The notes beneath the pieces were generated by a model. That model searched no databases, was not told the origin of the DNA, and worked only from the letters and a program-made list of their open reading frames with translations. Positions 18,781 to 28,645 of a stretch of DNA of 64,000 nucleotides are shown one piece after another. The stretch comes from an uncultured bacterium. Its GTDB lineage: Bacteria; Babelota; Babeliae; Babelales; Babelaceae. The position numbers and the translations under genes were made by a program. The stretch covers positions 1,248,001 through 1,312,000 of the forward strand of contig OY970209.1 in the NCBI GenBank assembly GCA_963713855.1, given 5' to 3'. The first letter of the stretch is position 1; the number at the start of each line of letters is the position of its first letter.

Positions 18781-19640
18781 TAGTCTCCTACCCTGTCTTT
18801 TAAATCATCATCTGAGTAGGTTCCCTCACGGTTTCCATGCTTATCAAAAACTTTCCAACGACCTCCCTTATGACCATCGACATCAGGGGAAACATATCTC
18901 GTACCATCTTTAAACACAGGTTGTCCGTGAGAATCTATCGGAGCATCATTTACTTCTTTCCATCCTTTCTCACCTGCTATTTTACGGGCGTCTTTTCTGG
19001 TCATGTTCTGAATAATATCATCATAATCATAATCTACTCCACCTTTTGCACCCATCTTTCTCATCGCTCTATTAACAGCCCAAGTTGCCGCCAAAGCACC
19101 TACCGTATATACTGTCGCAGCTCCGATAGCATCCCATCCAGCAAATGCAATACCACCTGCGCCCCAGACGATCAGCGGTATAACATTATGTACAAGAATG
19201 TCTTCATGAGATATACAGAAATTTTGAAACTCCTCTACAGCGATATTGTATGCAACATCTTTCAATGCTACTGCTTTTACATGCTCAACAACAACCGGTT
19301 CAAAACAGTTCTTCAAAAGAACATGCCCAGCTTTTAGTTCATCAGCTAGAATCCAATCTTTTTCTGGCGCCAAATAAAACTTATGATCATCTGCCACAGT
19401 TATTGCTTGACCATTAACCGTAACGATAAAAAACCCACCTGCGTGCTTTTGTTGAGTGTGGGTAACTCTTCTTTCAACACATGCGCCTTGCAAATCGAAG
19501 CTGATAACGACATCATCTACTTTAAGTTTCTCGATGGGTGTATAACCTTCTGGCGTTTTGACTAATGTTCCGGCTATAAATCCTTCACCATGAGCAAGGC
19601 TTATTGTTAAAAGGCATAAAAGTATTAACATTCTTTTCAT
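18780..19640 (-). CDS. Polymorphic toxin: signal peptide - Hint domain - hydrophobic segment - Ntox21/CdiA-CT(ECL)-like RNase
   Basis: GFIAGTLVKTPEG..PIEKL...YNIAV...ILVHN Hint (aa 20-152). C-terminus SHGQPVFK.G.RYVSPDVDGHKGGRWK...REGTY...RVGD. Confidence 0.85.
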   Translation of the reverse strand: MKRMLILLCLLTISLAHGEGFIAGTLVKTPEGYTPIEKLKVDDVVISFDLQGACVERRVTHTQQKHAGGFFIVTVNGQAITVADDHKFYLAPEKDWILADELKAGHVLLKNCFEPVVVEHVKAVALKDVAYNIAVEEFQNFCISHEDILVHNVIPLIVWGAGGIAFAGWDAIGAATVYTVGALAATWAVNRAMRKMGAKGGVDYDYDDIIQNMTRKDARKIAGEKGWKEVNDAPIDSHGQPVFKDGTRYVSPDVDGHKGGRWKVFDKHGNREGTYSDDDLKDRVGD

Positions 19641-19760
19641 AATATTTTTTAACCTCAGATATTGCTAACGTACAATCAAAATTCGCTTTATTTTAGAACA
19701 AACTATGGTAAAGTCAATGTTTTCTAAGTAATATGAGAAAAACGACAAACTCGAGAAAAC

Positions 19761-20522
19761 ATGAAAAGCACTATTACTCTTTACGAGCTTGAAACGTATT
19801 TAAACTCACTTTTAGACCCAAATAAGATGGAAGATGGCTGCCCAAATGGTGTACAAATTGCAAATGATCAACCTATTGAGCATATTGCAACAGCCGTAAG
19901 CGCTAGCCTTGAAGCTATAGAAAAAGCAGCAACGCTTAACGCTCAAGCATTGATAGTACATCACGGCATATTCAAAAAAAATGATCCCTATCCTATTACC
20001 GGAACTAACTTTCGGAAGATAAAAACGCTTATGGAAAATGGTATCGCGCTTTTGACATATCATTTACCCTTAGACGCTCATCGTACCCTTGGAAATAACT
20101 GGAAAGCCGCGTATGACCTAGGGCTAACCGACTTACAACCATTTGCTGAATATTGCAAGGCGCCCATTGGTGTTATCGGTTCACTAAAGCCCACACCGTT
20201 TAAGACTTTTAAAGAGAAAGTTGAGTCGTATTACAATCGCCCTGCGCAAGCTGTTTGCGTTAAAGATCCTGTCACACGTATAGCAATAGTTTCTGGTGCT
20301 GGAGAAAAGTGTATCGCGGAAGCTCAAAAAGAAGGCGCAGATTGCTTAATTACTGGGAGAGTCGATGAGCCCGTATGGGACAATGCTCACGAAGAGGGTA
20401 TCTCATTCCTCGGATTAGGGCACTACGCAACTGAGGTTATTGGCGTGAAAGCACTCGCTGATCATCTTGAAGAGACGTATCGAATTCCTTGCACATTTAT
20501 TAAGACAAAAAATCCCTTTTAA
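19761..20522 (+). CDS. NIF3/YbgI-family dinuclear metal-centre protein
   Basis: PNGVQI, LIVHHG, YHLPLDAH..LGNN, GHYATE. Confidence 0.92.
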   Translation: MKSTITLYELETYLNSLLDPNKMEDGCPNGVQIANDQPIEHIATAVSASLEAIEKAATLNAQALIVHHGIFKKNDPYPITGTNFRKIKTLMENGIALLTYHLPLDAHRTLGNNWKAAYDLGLTDLQPFAEYCKAPIGVIGSLKPTPFKTFKEKVESYYNRPAQAVCVKDPVTRIAIVSGAGEKCIAEAQKEGADCLITGRVDEPVWDNAHEEGISFLGLGHYATEVIGVKALADHLEETYRIPCTFIKTKNPF

Positions 20523-20526
20523 AAAT

Positions 20527-20550
20527 AGAAAGGGGCATTAACCCCTTTCT
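20527..20550. terminator. Probable bidirectional intrinsic terminator
   Basis: agaaagggg-cattaa-cccctttct between convergent NIF3 and pepA genes. Confidence 0.65.
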
Positions 20551-20573
20551 CTCTAAAGCGATTAAATTACTTT

Positions 20574-22097
20574 CTAAGAAACTGGCCAGTGCATAATTAA
20601 ATCAATAAAGAGCCTTACGCCGAATCCTGTAGCGCCCCATCGGTAGTAGCTAATATCGGGCACGTTAAATGCTGTACCAGCAATATCCAAATGTGCCCAA
20701 GGAACTTCTTCAACAAAATTATTTAAGAAAAATCCTGCCGTGATGGCCCCTGCACGGTACTTATCTTGACCGATGTTACAAATGTCTGCTATCTCAGAGC
20801 GAATTGACACTTTGTAATCGTCATGGAATGGTAACCTCCAAACACGATCACCGGTCCGATGAGACGCAGCTTCAATTTTTTCAACAAGTGAATCATATTT
20901 GCTTACAAGACCACTGTAAAAAGGCCCTAACGCGGCAGCACAAGCTCCAGTCAACGTAGCCGCATCAATAATTGCATCAAGCTTATAGTGCTTAACGGCG
21001 TACGATAAAGCGTCTGCAAGAATAAGCCGCCCTTCAGCATCAGTATTTTTTACCTCTGCAGTTTTACCGTTATAAAACGTAATAATATCACCGGGACGCA
21101 TCGCACTGCCGCTTGGCATGTTTTCAACAAGCGGTGCTATCGCGATAACGTTTATTCGTGGCTTTAAATGGGCTATTGCTTCAATGGCAGATATGACGAC
21201 CGCAGCTCCAGCCATATCGTCTTTCATGGTCTCCATAGCAACGGCAGGTTTAATGCTTAAGCCTCCCGAATCAAAGGTTACACCTTTACCGACCAAGGCT
21301 ATGGTAGGCGCATTAGGATGTTGGGTACGGTATTCCATAATGACGAGGCGAGGTTCTTCAACAGAACCCTTTGAAACACCAATTATGCCTCCCATTCCCA
21401 TTTTTTCTATGTCCGCTTTTCTAAATACGTTAATATTCAGGCCATGAGTTGCAGCTATGCGCTCCATACGTTCAGCAAATGTGACGGGGTTAATAAAATT
21501 GCCGGGCAAATCGCACCATTGACGGGCTTGATTGACTGCGTACCCGATACGCTCACCCTCGTGCATGCCAACTTTACATTCGGCAAGCATGTAATCTGGG
21601 ACACAGAGCGTAACTTCAAAATCTGGATGCTTTTTACGAGCGGGGTCGGTAATAAATTGATCAAAGTGAAAACAGCTCATATCAATTGTAGCAGCAGTTT
21701 CTTGCGCCAAGCGGTGAGGAGTAATGCCGAATAAACGAGGATCAGGTAGCGAGAGTGCAACCGTCTTAAGGCGTAAATGTTCTACAGATCGTACCATGAG
21801 CCCAAGTGCACGACGATACTGTTCTACTTGGTCCTCAACTGAGAGCTTAGGAAGATTTCCTAGCCCAAAAAGCATCAAGTATACAGCTTGTCCGTCACGT
21901 TGACCGGCAAGAACAAGACTCTGATTAGAGTGTCCTTTAAAAGAACGCTCTTCGATAGCTTTTTTAAGCGGCTGATAAAAAGGTTGAAGTTCGTCAACGA
22001 GAGGGTTTTTAAGCACTTCATTTTCTGGGCAAAAGACTGCAAGGCCTTGCGCTTTTTGTTCGCTAATAGCTTTATTGCTAAGTGTAAACGTGAGCAT
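20574..22097 (-). CDS. pepA: Leucyl aminopeptidase (M17)
   Basis: VGKGVTFDSGG, MKDDMAGAA, NTDAEGRLILAD, WAHLDIAG. Confidence 0.95.
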   Translation of the reverse strand: MLTFTLSNKAISEQKAQGLAVFCPENEVLKNPLVDELQPFYQPLKKAIEERSFKGHSNQSLVLAGQRDGQAVYLMLFGLGNLPKLSVEDQVEQYRRALGLMVRSVEHLRLKTVALSLPDPRLFGITPHRLAQETAATIDMSCFHFDQFITDPARKKHPDFEVTLCVPDYMLAECKVGMHEGERIGYAVNQARQWCDLPGNFINPVTFAERMERIAATHGLNINVFRKADIEKMGMGGIIGVSKGSVEEPRLVIMEYRTQHPNAPTIALVGKGVTFDSGGLSIKPAVAMETMKDDMAGAAVVISAIEAIAHLKPRINVIAIAPLVENMPSGSAMRPGDIITFYNGKTAEVKNTDAEGRLILADALSYAVKHYKLDAIIDAATLTGACAAALGPFYSGLVSKYDSLVEKIEAASHRTGDRVWRLPFHDDYKVSIRSEIADICNIGQDKYRAGAITAGFFLNNFVEEVPWAHLDIAGTAFNVPDISYYRWGATGFGVRLFIDLIMHWPVS

Positions 22098-22186
22098 ATT
22101 TGTTCCTGCTTTTTTAGGGTTTATACCTATACCATTAAGTATAGCTCAAAAAAACAACAGAACTAATAGAAAAAGAAGTCTCGTAG

Positions 22187-22396
22187 CTAGCCGGTAGCTA
22201 AAGAGGGGTTATAAGCGATGCTAGAAACATTTGTTTTAAAGATGCTTATATATTCAGGCTTTTGCAAAGCTGATAGTTCCATATGAATTGCTTTCACTTG
22301 CTTTTGTTCCCGAGCAATTTCAGCACGAACAAAGACTATGTAAAGCAAAATATTTAAGAGGATTGGCAATAATAACAATAAATATTTGAGCAACAT
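22187..22396 (-). CDS. Small single-TM hypothetical protein
   Basis: Hydrophobic N-terminus; 69 aa. Confidence 0.45.
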   Translation of the reverse strand: MLLKYLLLLLPILLNILLYIVFVRAEIAREQKQVKAIHMELSALQKPEYISIFKTNVSSIAYNPSLATG

Positions 22397-22507
22397 TATG
22401 ATTACTACTTCTTAAAAGTAACCGATATAATTACACTATACTTAGCACAATCAGGTAATTAAAGCAACTTCGCTCATTAAAAGTAATTTTAAAAATTTTT
22501 CAGATGT

Positions 22508-24118
22508 CTACAATTTGTTGAAATATTTCTTGTGTACGCAAGCTGCTTTTATGAGCCCAACAAATAAAGGATGGGGTATGAGAGGCTTGCTCTTAAATTC
22601 AGGATGAAATTGGCACGCTACAAAAAAGGGATGTTCGCGTAGTTCGATTATTTCGGGTAGTCCTTCACGCTCATACATGCCTGACGCTATGAGTCCTTCT
22701 TTTTCAAAATCTTTTACGTATCTTGGATTAAATTCGTAGCGATGGCGGTGGCGTTCATGAATAAGTAAGCTTTTATACAGTGCGTAAGCTTTACTGCCTT
22801 TTACAATAGTGCATGGATATGATCCTACACGCATGGTTCCACCTTTACGTAAAACCGCTGCTTGCTCCTTCATAAGTGCAACAACCGGATGAGTTGTATT
22901 CTTATCAAACTCCGTTGAGTGAGCATCAGCGTATCCTAGAACGTTTCGAGCAAACTCTATAACGGCAACTTGCATACCTAAACAAATACCCAGGTAGGGC
23001 ACTTTACGCTCACGTGCATAGCGCGCTGCCAAAATTTTGCCTTCAACTCCCCGCTCTCCAAAACCGCCCGGAACAAGAATGCATTGTGCATGCTTTAGCC
23101 GCTCATGCACAGTAGAGGGAGTCAAGGTCTCAGCATCAACCCAATCTATTGTAATCTTGGCTTTAGTGGGAGCTTGTGCCGCTATGAGCGCCTCATGTAT
23201 GCTTTTGTACGCGTCGGGAAAATCAACATACTTTCCCACAATCGCTACCGTAATGGCTCCCTCAAGATGTGCTAGAGCATCCAAAAATGCTCGCCAGGAT
23301 TTGAGATTCGGTGAGTGATAGGGTATATTCAAATGCTGAGCTAATGCCTTTCCAAGCCCTTCACCGTCAAAATATAATGGTGCTTCATAAATGCTTTTAA
23401 GGTCTGGCGCAGAAAACACAGAGGACTCAGCAACGTTAGTAAAGAGAGCAATTTTTTTCTTAATATCTGGCGAAAGGGCTTCACAAGCCCGACCTATGAT
23501 ACTATCCGGCTGTATGCCAAGCGAACGTAGCTCTTTAACAGAATGTTGAGTAGGCTTCGTTTTAAGTTCTTTTGCAACTGCGATATAGGGAATATAAGTA
23601 ACGTGTATATGCATAGAAGATGTAGGACCAACTTCTAATCTTAGCTGCCGTATGGCTTCAATGAAAGGCAGACCCTCAATATCACCGACGGTTCCACCAA
23701 CCTCGACAATGAGAATATTGGCATCATCTGATGCATTGCGTATTGCATCTTTGATTTCATTAGTAAAATGGGGAATAGTTTGGACCGTTTGTCCTAAAAA
23801 AGTGCCGAGCCTTTCTTTTTCAAGTAAGCGCGCATAAAGCTGGCCCGCTGTTGCGTTATTACGTTTAGAAAGCGTTACGTTAGTAAAACGCTCGTAGTGG
23901 CCAAGATCTAGGTCGGTCTCCGCACCGTCATCAGTTACAAAAACCTCGCCATGCTCGTATGGGCTCATGGTTCCCGGGTCAACATTTAAATAGGGATCGA
24001 GTTTGAGAAATGAAACTGTGTACCCAATCCCCTCAAGCAAAGTGCCTATAGCCGAAGCTGCAATGCCTTTACCTAAAGATGAAAGCACACCACCAGTAAT
24101 AAAAATATATTTGCGCAT
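22508..24118 (-). CDS. pyrG: CTP synthase
   Basis: MRKYIFITGGVLSSLGKG, DPYLNVDPGTMSP, KTKPTQHSV, GICLGMQ, QFHPEF. Start set at 24118. Confidence 0.97.
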   Translation of the reverse strand: MRKYIFITGGVLSSLGKGIAASAIGTLLEGIGYTVSFLKLDPYLNVDPGTMSPYEHGEVFVTDDGAETDLDLGHYERFTNVTLSKRNNATAGQLYARLLEKERLGTFLGQTVQTIPHFTNEIKDAIRNASDDANILIVEVGGTVGDIEGLPFIEAIRQLRLEVGPTSSMHIHVTYIPYIAVAKELKTKPTQHSVKELRSLGIQPDSIIGRACEALSPDIKKKIALFTNVAESSVFSAPDLKSIYEAPLYFDGEGLGKALAQHLNIPYHSPNLKSWRAFLDALAHLEGAITVAIVGKYVDFPDAYKSIHEALIAAQAPTKAKITIDWVDAETLTPSTVHERLKHAQCILVPGGFGERGVEGKILAARYARERKVPYLGICLGMQVAVIEFARNVLGYADAHSTEFDKNTTHPVVALMKEQAAVLRKGGTMRVGSYPCTIVKGSKAYALYKSLLIHERHRHRYEFNPRYVKDFEKEGLIASGMYEREGLPEIIELREHPFFVACQFHPEFKSKPLIPHPLFVGLIKAACVHKKYFNKL

Positions 24119-24317
24119 ACTGAGTTTCCAAAAATATTCTGATGATTTTTTACCGTAATACTCATTAGTGTGCCATACATTTGCAGAAAGTCGAACGGCT
24201 AATACATCCATTTGAGGTAGTACGAGTCCATCGCAATGCATTTGACGGTACCCGCGAGATCTACTACGCTAATCAAACAGATTGGATCCAAAAAATCGTA
24301 TTTGAGCTGCGGAATCG

Positions 24318-24697
24318 ATGATTGTAAAAAGAAAAAAAGAGCTTGAAAGCATTGATTTAAAGAGTTACATAGTGCTTTTAGAAGAGCTAAAGCGGCGTAT
24401 TGAGCAATCTCAATTAAGAGCAGCTAAATGAGTTTATATTTATCTGCTGTTGATGATCAGCTCAAGAATGAAACGGATAATCCAAGCATGGGAATAATCC
24501 TTTGTAAAACAAAAAATGATCTTAAGGTGGAATATACTCTTCGAGATACAAGCAAGCCCATGGGTGTTGCTGAATATGTAGTAAAGACTTTAGAGTCTCT
24601 TCCAAAAAGTCTCAAAGTTAGCCTACCGACCAAAGAGCAACTTGAAGCAGAATTTGCTAAAAAGAGCCTTAAAAAAGCATCAAAAAATAAAATATGA
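24318..24697 (+). pseudogene. YhcG/DUF1016 (PD-(D/E)XK nuclease-like) remnant with large internal deletion
   Basis: ORF 24318-24431 encodes the N-terminal motif YIVLLEELKRRIEQSQLRAA. ORF 24428-24697 encodes the C-terminal YLSAVDD...DNPSMGIILCK...VEY.L...KPMGVAEY. The middle is missing. Confidence 0.8.
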
Positions 24698-24705
24698 AAG
24701 CTTCA

Positions 24706-25572
24706 CTATGTTTGTGAGCCCCGACTCATGGTCAGATAGATTGAAAACAATATCATAAGCATGGATAGAGCGTTTCTGATAGGATAATCGGTGATTTCTC
24801 TTAATGCAGCATCACGAAATTGAGCGAATCGGGTGGGAGGTATAAAGCGAGGTGTTTCCAAAACCCTAGCCCATTCAGCATGAACAAATTGCTCAGCAGC
24901 TCCAAGCCTTTCCGCAAGATTTTCATCTCCCAGTTGCTCTTGTTCCCAGTGCACCAAATCTATAAGAAGTTGAAGAGGAGTTTGGGTCACATCAGCAGTT
25001 GTTGCTTCTGGGTCAGCACCGTGAGCAACTAAATATTCCATTAAAAACCAGTCACCTTCAATAGCCGCTATCTGAAAAGGGGTTAAAGCAAGAAAAAAGT
25101 CACTATTCCATATCGGGGCAGGACCGTTAAAAAGGCCCCTCTTATCACCAAGAATAGCTGTTAGACCAATTATTACCAATCCAGGCCTAAAGAGCCAGAG
25201 GACTGGTTCATTAATACCGTGGGTTTGAAAATAAGTATCAAGATACTTTCTTCTTTGCTCAGGATCTTCCGTGCCATGAACGTCCATTCTACCGTACGAC
25301 CTGCCATCGTCTAAAGCACGAACCATCCCTACTGCTGCTGTGTCTTCCGAGAGAAAACTAGGCACATTAGCTATTCTATAACTCCTTCTGCCATGAATAT
25401 TCTCAGTACCCACTACCCGAAATTCCATGGATCCTGAAAAATGCTCTGTAGGAGGAAGATTCTTAGAGGCCTTCCTGCCAACTTCATTTCTGTTTTCATA
25501 CGGACGTTCTGGGTGGTGCATAGCGTGCAATGAGGTAACGCCTAGAAGTGCAAAAAATAAAAATCTCTTCAT
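24706..25572 (-). CDS. Secreted protein with ankyrin-like repeat and C-terminal TM (paralog A)
   Basis: Signal peptide; TPFQIAAIEGD...YLVAHGADP; C-terminal hydrophobic helix. Confidence 0.75.
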   Translation of the reverse strand: MKRFLFFALLGVTSLHAMHHPERPYENRNEVGRKASKNLPPTEHFSGSMEFRVVGTENIHGRRSYRIANVPSFLSEDTAAVGMVRALDDGRSYGRMDVHGTEDPEQRRKYLDTYFQTHGINEPVLWLFRPGLVIIGLTAILGDKRGLFNGPAPIWNSDFFLALTPFQIAAIEGDWFLMEYLVAHGADPEATTADVTQTPLQLLIDLVHWEQEQLGDENLAERLGAAEQFVHAEWARVLETPRFIPPTRFAQFRDAALREITDYPIRNALSMLMILFSIYLTMSRGSQT

Positions 25573-25709
25573 TGTAATCCTTAACCTGGAAGGTCATAAT
25601 AATTTCAGATGTATAATTATTATAAACAAATAAAGGGCATTTCTCAACCATTTCACTTCAGACGCAGCTTTTCATCTGAATCTTTATTCAATCGCTAGAA
25701 GCTTTATGA

Positions 25710-26516
25710 TTATGCTTGAAAGCCATTTTGTGTAAGATAGAGTGCAACCAAGATACACATGAGCAAAGTTAAATCTCTTATAGGATGAGTGACAAGCTCG
25801 TTAATCGCACCATCACGAAATCTTGTCATTGCGTTATTTGAAGCACGTGGTGCCTGTAAAATTCTAGACCATTCAGCGCGAACAAATTGCTCAGCAGCTT
25901 CTTTTCGTTCATCAAGATCGTCTGTACCTAACATCTCTTGTTCCCATCTTACCAAGTTAATAAGAAGCTCAAGAGGAGTGAAAGCCACTTCCTCGGTTGT
26001 CCCTTCGGGGTTGGCGTCGTGAGCTAGTAAATATTCAATCGCATCCCAATCACCTTCCGCTGCTGCAATTTGAAGATACGTCATCGAAAGGAAAAATTTA
26101 CTCTTCCAAATGGTCTTGTCGCCTTCATAATGAATTACTTGGTTTCTCATAGAAGCCACTAACCCGTCAATCTGTACTTCCCGCCGATAAACATAGGTAT
26201 CTTGGCCATCAATGTCGTGAGTTTTAAAATACTCCTCTAGCTTTCGTCTTCCACCCACACTATTAAGATCCACGCCAAATCTTCTTGCCTGCAAAGGGTT
26301 ATTCGGGTCAAGTGTTCTTAACGAATATGTATGACCTCCTATTACGATATATGCACCAATATGCAGAGTTTCAGATTGCTGCGGATAAGTTCTTTGAGCT
26401 TTCGTACCAACCTCATCTCTGTGTTCGTACGGGCACTCCACTTCCTTTCTTTCTTCCATTGCACGAAGTGAAACAGCAAAAAATAGCAGCAGTAAAGCAT
26501 GCAAGCTCTTTTTCAT
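25710..26516 (-). CDS. Secreted protein with ankyrin-like repeat and C-terminal TM (paralog B)
   Basis: Shares PYE.R.EVG.KA, QIAA.EGDW, LI.LV.WEQE.LG and AAEQFV.AEW with paralog A. Confidence 0.75.
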   Translation of the reverse strand: MKKSLHALLLLFFAVSLRAMEERKEVECPYEHRDEVGTKAQRTYPQQSETLHIGAYIVIGGHTYSLRTLDPNNPLQARRFGVDLNSVGGRRKLEEYFKTHDIDGQDTYVYRREVQIDGLVASMRNQVIHYEGDKTIWKSKFFLSMTYLQIAAAEGDWDAIEYLLAHDANPEGTTEEVAFTPLELLINLVRWEQEMLGTDDLDERKEAAEQFVRAEWSRILQAPRASNNAMTRFRDGAINELVTHPIRDLTLLMCILVALYLTQNGFQA

Positions 26517-26720
26517 ATATTCCTTTCATGGCTCCTCATTATAAATCTCGATAGCTAGTTTAAAGTACGTATGAAAAAAAGCTAATTTTCATCTGGTACA
26601 CGATGGACTATAAATTCATCAATTTTATTGCGGGTAGAAATTAATAATTGATATGATGATGCAAATATTACACTGACAAAATATCACCCATTCTAGAAAC
26701 GCATAGGAGGAGTAACGAAA

Positions 26721-27677
26721 ATGAAGATGAAATTTATAATTGCGATGCTTGCTGGTATCGCTTATGCTCAAGTATCTGAATGCCAAGGTGATTCAACAAA
26801 AGGCATGATTGGCGTTGAAAGCATGCAAAACTTAGCAGACATGCAAGCACAAGAACCTCGAGAAAACCAAGAACCCTACAGTTTAGTTTCTAAATTTAGT
26901 GACCCTTCAAGATTTAAAAGTGTGTCAGCTCCCCTTAAAGACGCAGTTGATCATGGAACGTTCTGGGGTCGTCAGATATCTGAACACCAGCTCTTCTTGC
27001 ACTTAGGTATAGAAGACGCGGAGTTCAAACAAAAAGCGCTTGATTTGCACAAGGAGTGGGAAACGTACCGCAACATGCTACAAACCCGCCCAAGCTTAGA
27101 TACGCTTAATCAATGGCTGCCCCTATTACAAAAGACAAGGGCATTCCAGATAGATATTCTTAAAGTTCTCTACTCTGGAAAATGGATCGGCTGGATTTTC
27201 CCTCTTTTTGTAAACCACATTACTCTTGAGTTAGATTACCTGGTAGATAAGCTCAATGATATACCTTACACAGCGGATGACGAAATAATGTTCTGGAACC
27301 GTATTAATAGTGAACATGCAGCATTTGCGGCTCACCTTCTGGATCCATCTGAGCGAGATTTATTCTTGAAAGCAGACGCTATGTCAGTCAAGTTACATAA
27401 CTTGCAGCTTCCTGAGAGCGAAAAAGAAATGTGGCTTACCGTCTCGCTTAAAGCTGGAAAAGAGCTCGATCAGCTTAATAAACAAGCTCGTGTAGGAGCA
27501 AAAGCTAACAAAGTTCTCTCAGTAATTCACCCAGTATTATTGGATCACGTTATCCGAGAAGGTGAAAGAGGAATACAAACTCTTGAAAAGATAAAAGCAG
27601 AAGCGCCTGAATCGGCTAAAATGGTAACTCAAACTCAAAATGAGTTACAAAAACAATTCGCTGAATTGAGTAGGTAA
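26721..27677 (+). CDS. DUF2935-like domain protein with signal peptide
   Basis: Duplicated FW.R...EH motif (FWGRQISEH, FWNRINSEH), LLDPSE, HPVLLDHVIREG; AGGAGG RBS. Confidence 0.7.
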   Translation: MKMKFIIAMLAGIAYAQVSECQGDSTKGMIGVESMQNLADMQAQEPRENQEPYSLVSKFSDPSRFKSVSAPLKDAVDHGTFWGRQISEHQLFLHLGIEDAEFKQKALDLHKEWETYRNMLQTRPSLDTLNQWLPLLQKTRAFQIDILKVLYSGKWIGWIFPLFVNHITLELDYLVDKLNDIPYTADDEIMFWNRINSEHAAFAAHLLDPSERDLFLKADAMSVKLHNLQLPESEKEMWLTVSLKAGKELDQLNKQARVGAKANKVLSVIHPVLLDHVIREGERGIQTLEKIKAEAPESAKMVTQTQNELQKQFAELSR

Positions 27678-27836
27678 CCTTTTTTGTAGAGTAAAGCGAT
27701 GGCTCAGTAGGTTGACCTACTGAGCCACATTTTTGACCAGACTTTAAAACACGGATTACGCTTGTCTTCTTTGCTGTTCTTTAGTAAGTGGATAAAAGAA
27801 TATATGCAACGAGACGCGCAGATAACTTGCCTAAAT

Positions 27837-28466
27837 CTATTTGGAAGTTGTTGCAGCAAAGCATATATCTCCAAAACATACAGGTTCGCCAGCACTTCCT
27901 GTTTCTTTTCTCAAGGCTTCTTCAAGTTGTTTGAGGTGGGTAAAAGCGCTGCTAAAATTATCATAAGCATTCTTAAGTTCTTTGAAGCTTTTATTGAGTT
28001 GACTTTTCTTTGGAGGCCCAAAACCTTCATAGGCCATCTTTTCTAAAAAGTCTCTACTTTTAAAGAGATCAGTGTAAAGATCCTTTGAGGTCTTAAGAGA
28101 AACCAAATATCTTTTGACTTGTGAAGCGTAAGAGTCGTATTCTAAAGCACGAGACTTAAGCTCTGAAGAAGCAGGGCCCATCTTGAAGCCAGGGAGTCCT
28201 TCCAATTGTTTACTCCTCTTTAAAAATTCTTCACTCTGATATAATAATTGCGGCTGAAGTTCTTCTAAAAACGGGAAAAAGTTGTCCTCTTTTTCTTTAA
28301 GACTTGTATAGCGCTCAGACGCTCTGTCTTCAGCTTTTAAAATTTCGTGCTTCAAGCGCTCAATAGTAGTGATAAGTTTTGATTCGATAGGTTTTTTAGG
28401 CTGGCTTATCAAGGAAAAGCAATTGATAAGCGTTATTGAAGATAAAATAAGTATCGTTTTTTTCAT
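27837..28466 (-). CDS. Secreted helical/coiled-coil hypothetical protein
   Basis: Signal peptide; charged helical composition. Confidence 0.65.
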   Translation of the reverse strand: MKKTILILSSITLINCFSLISQPKKPIESKLITTIERLKHEILKAEDRASERYTSLKEKEDNFFPFLEELQPQLLYQSEEFLKRSKQLEGLPGFKMGPASSELKSRALEYDSYASQVKRYLVSLKTSKDLYTDLFKSRDFLEKMAYEGFGPPKKSQLNKSFKELKNAYDNFSSAFTHLKQLEEALRKETGSAGEPVCFGDICFAATTSK

Positions 28467-28645
28467 GAATATCGCGATCAGTTTTAGGGTTTATAAAATA
28501 TTTCTAATTATTATAATTAAAATTAGCATTAAAATTCAAGAGTTTGTAAATTGACACTGAAATTCGCTTTAACGCTCAGATTGGTGAACTGCTCGACCTC
28601 GCATTTTCACCAAAGCTAGCAATGGGTGCAGGGCAAGCGCCCTGC

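Noticed and set aside
18837..19337. 166-aa plus-strand ORF and other antisense ORFs in the track (e.g. 4235-4720, 41114-41632, 60881-61396)
   Set aside because: Shadow ORFs opposite well-supported genes, with no motifs.
19185..19583. Classical intein/homing element
   Set aside because: No N-terminal Cys/Ser, no +1 nucleophile, no endonuclease domain and no host extein; it is a toxin-type Hint.
24119..24241. N-terminal extension of PyrG
   Set aside because: The canonical start MRKYIFITGG is at 24118.
28581..28645. Two hairpins after the giant gene (ttggtgaa...ttcaccaa; gcagggc-aagc-gccctgc) as an ncRNA
   Set aside because: Short and adequately explained as 3' end or terminator structures.
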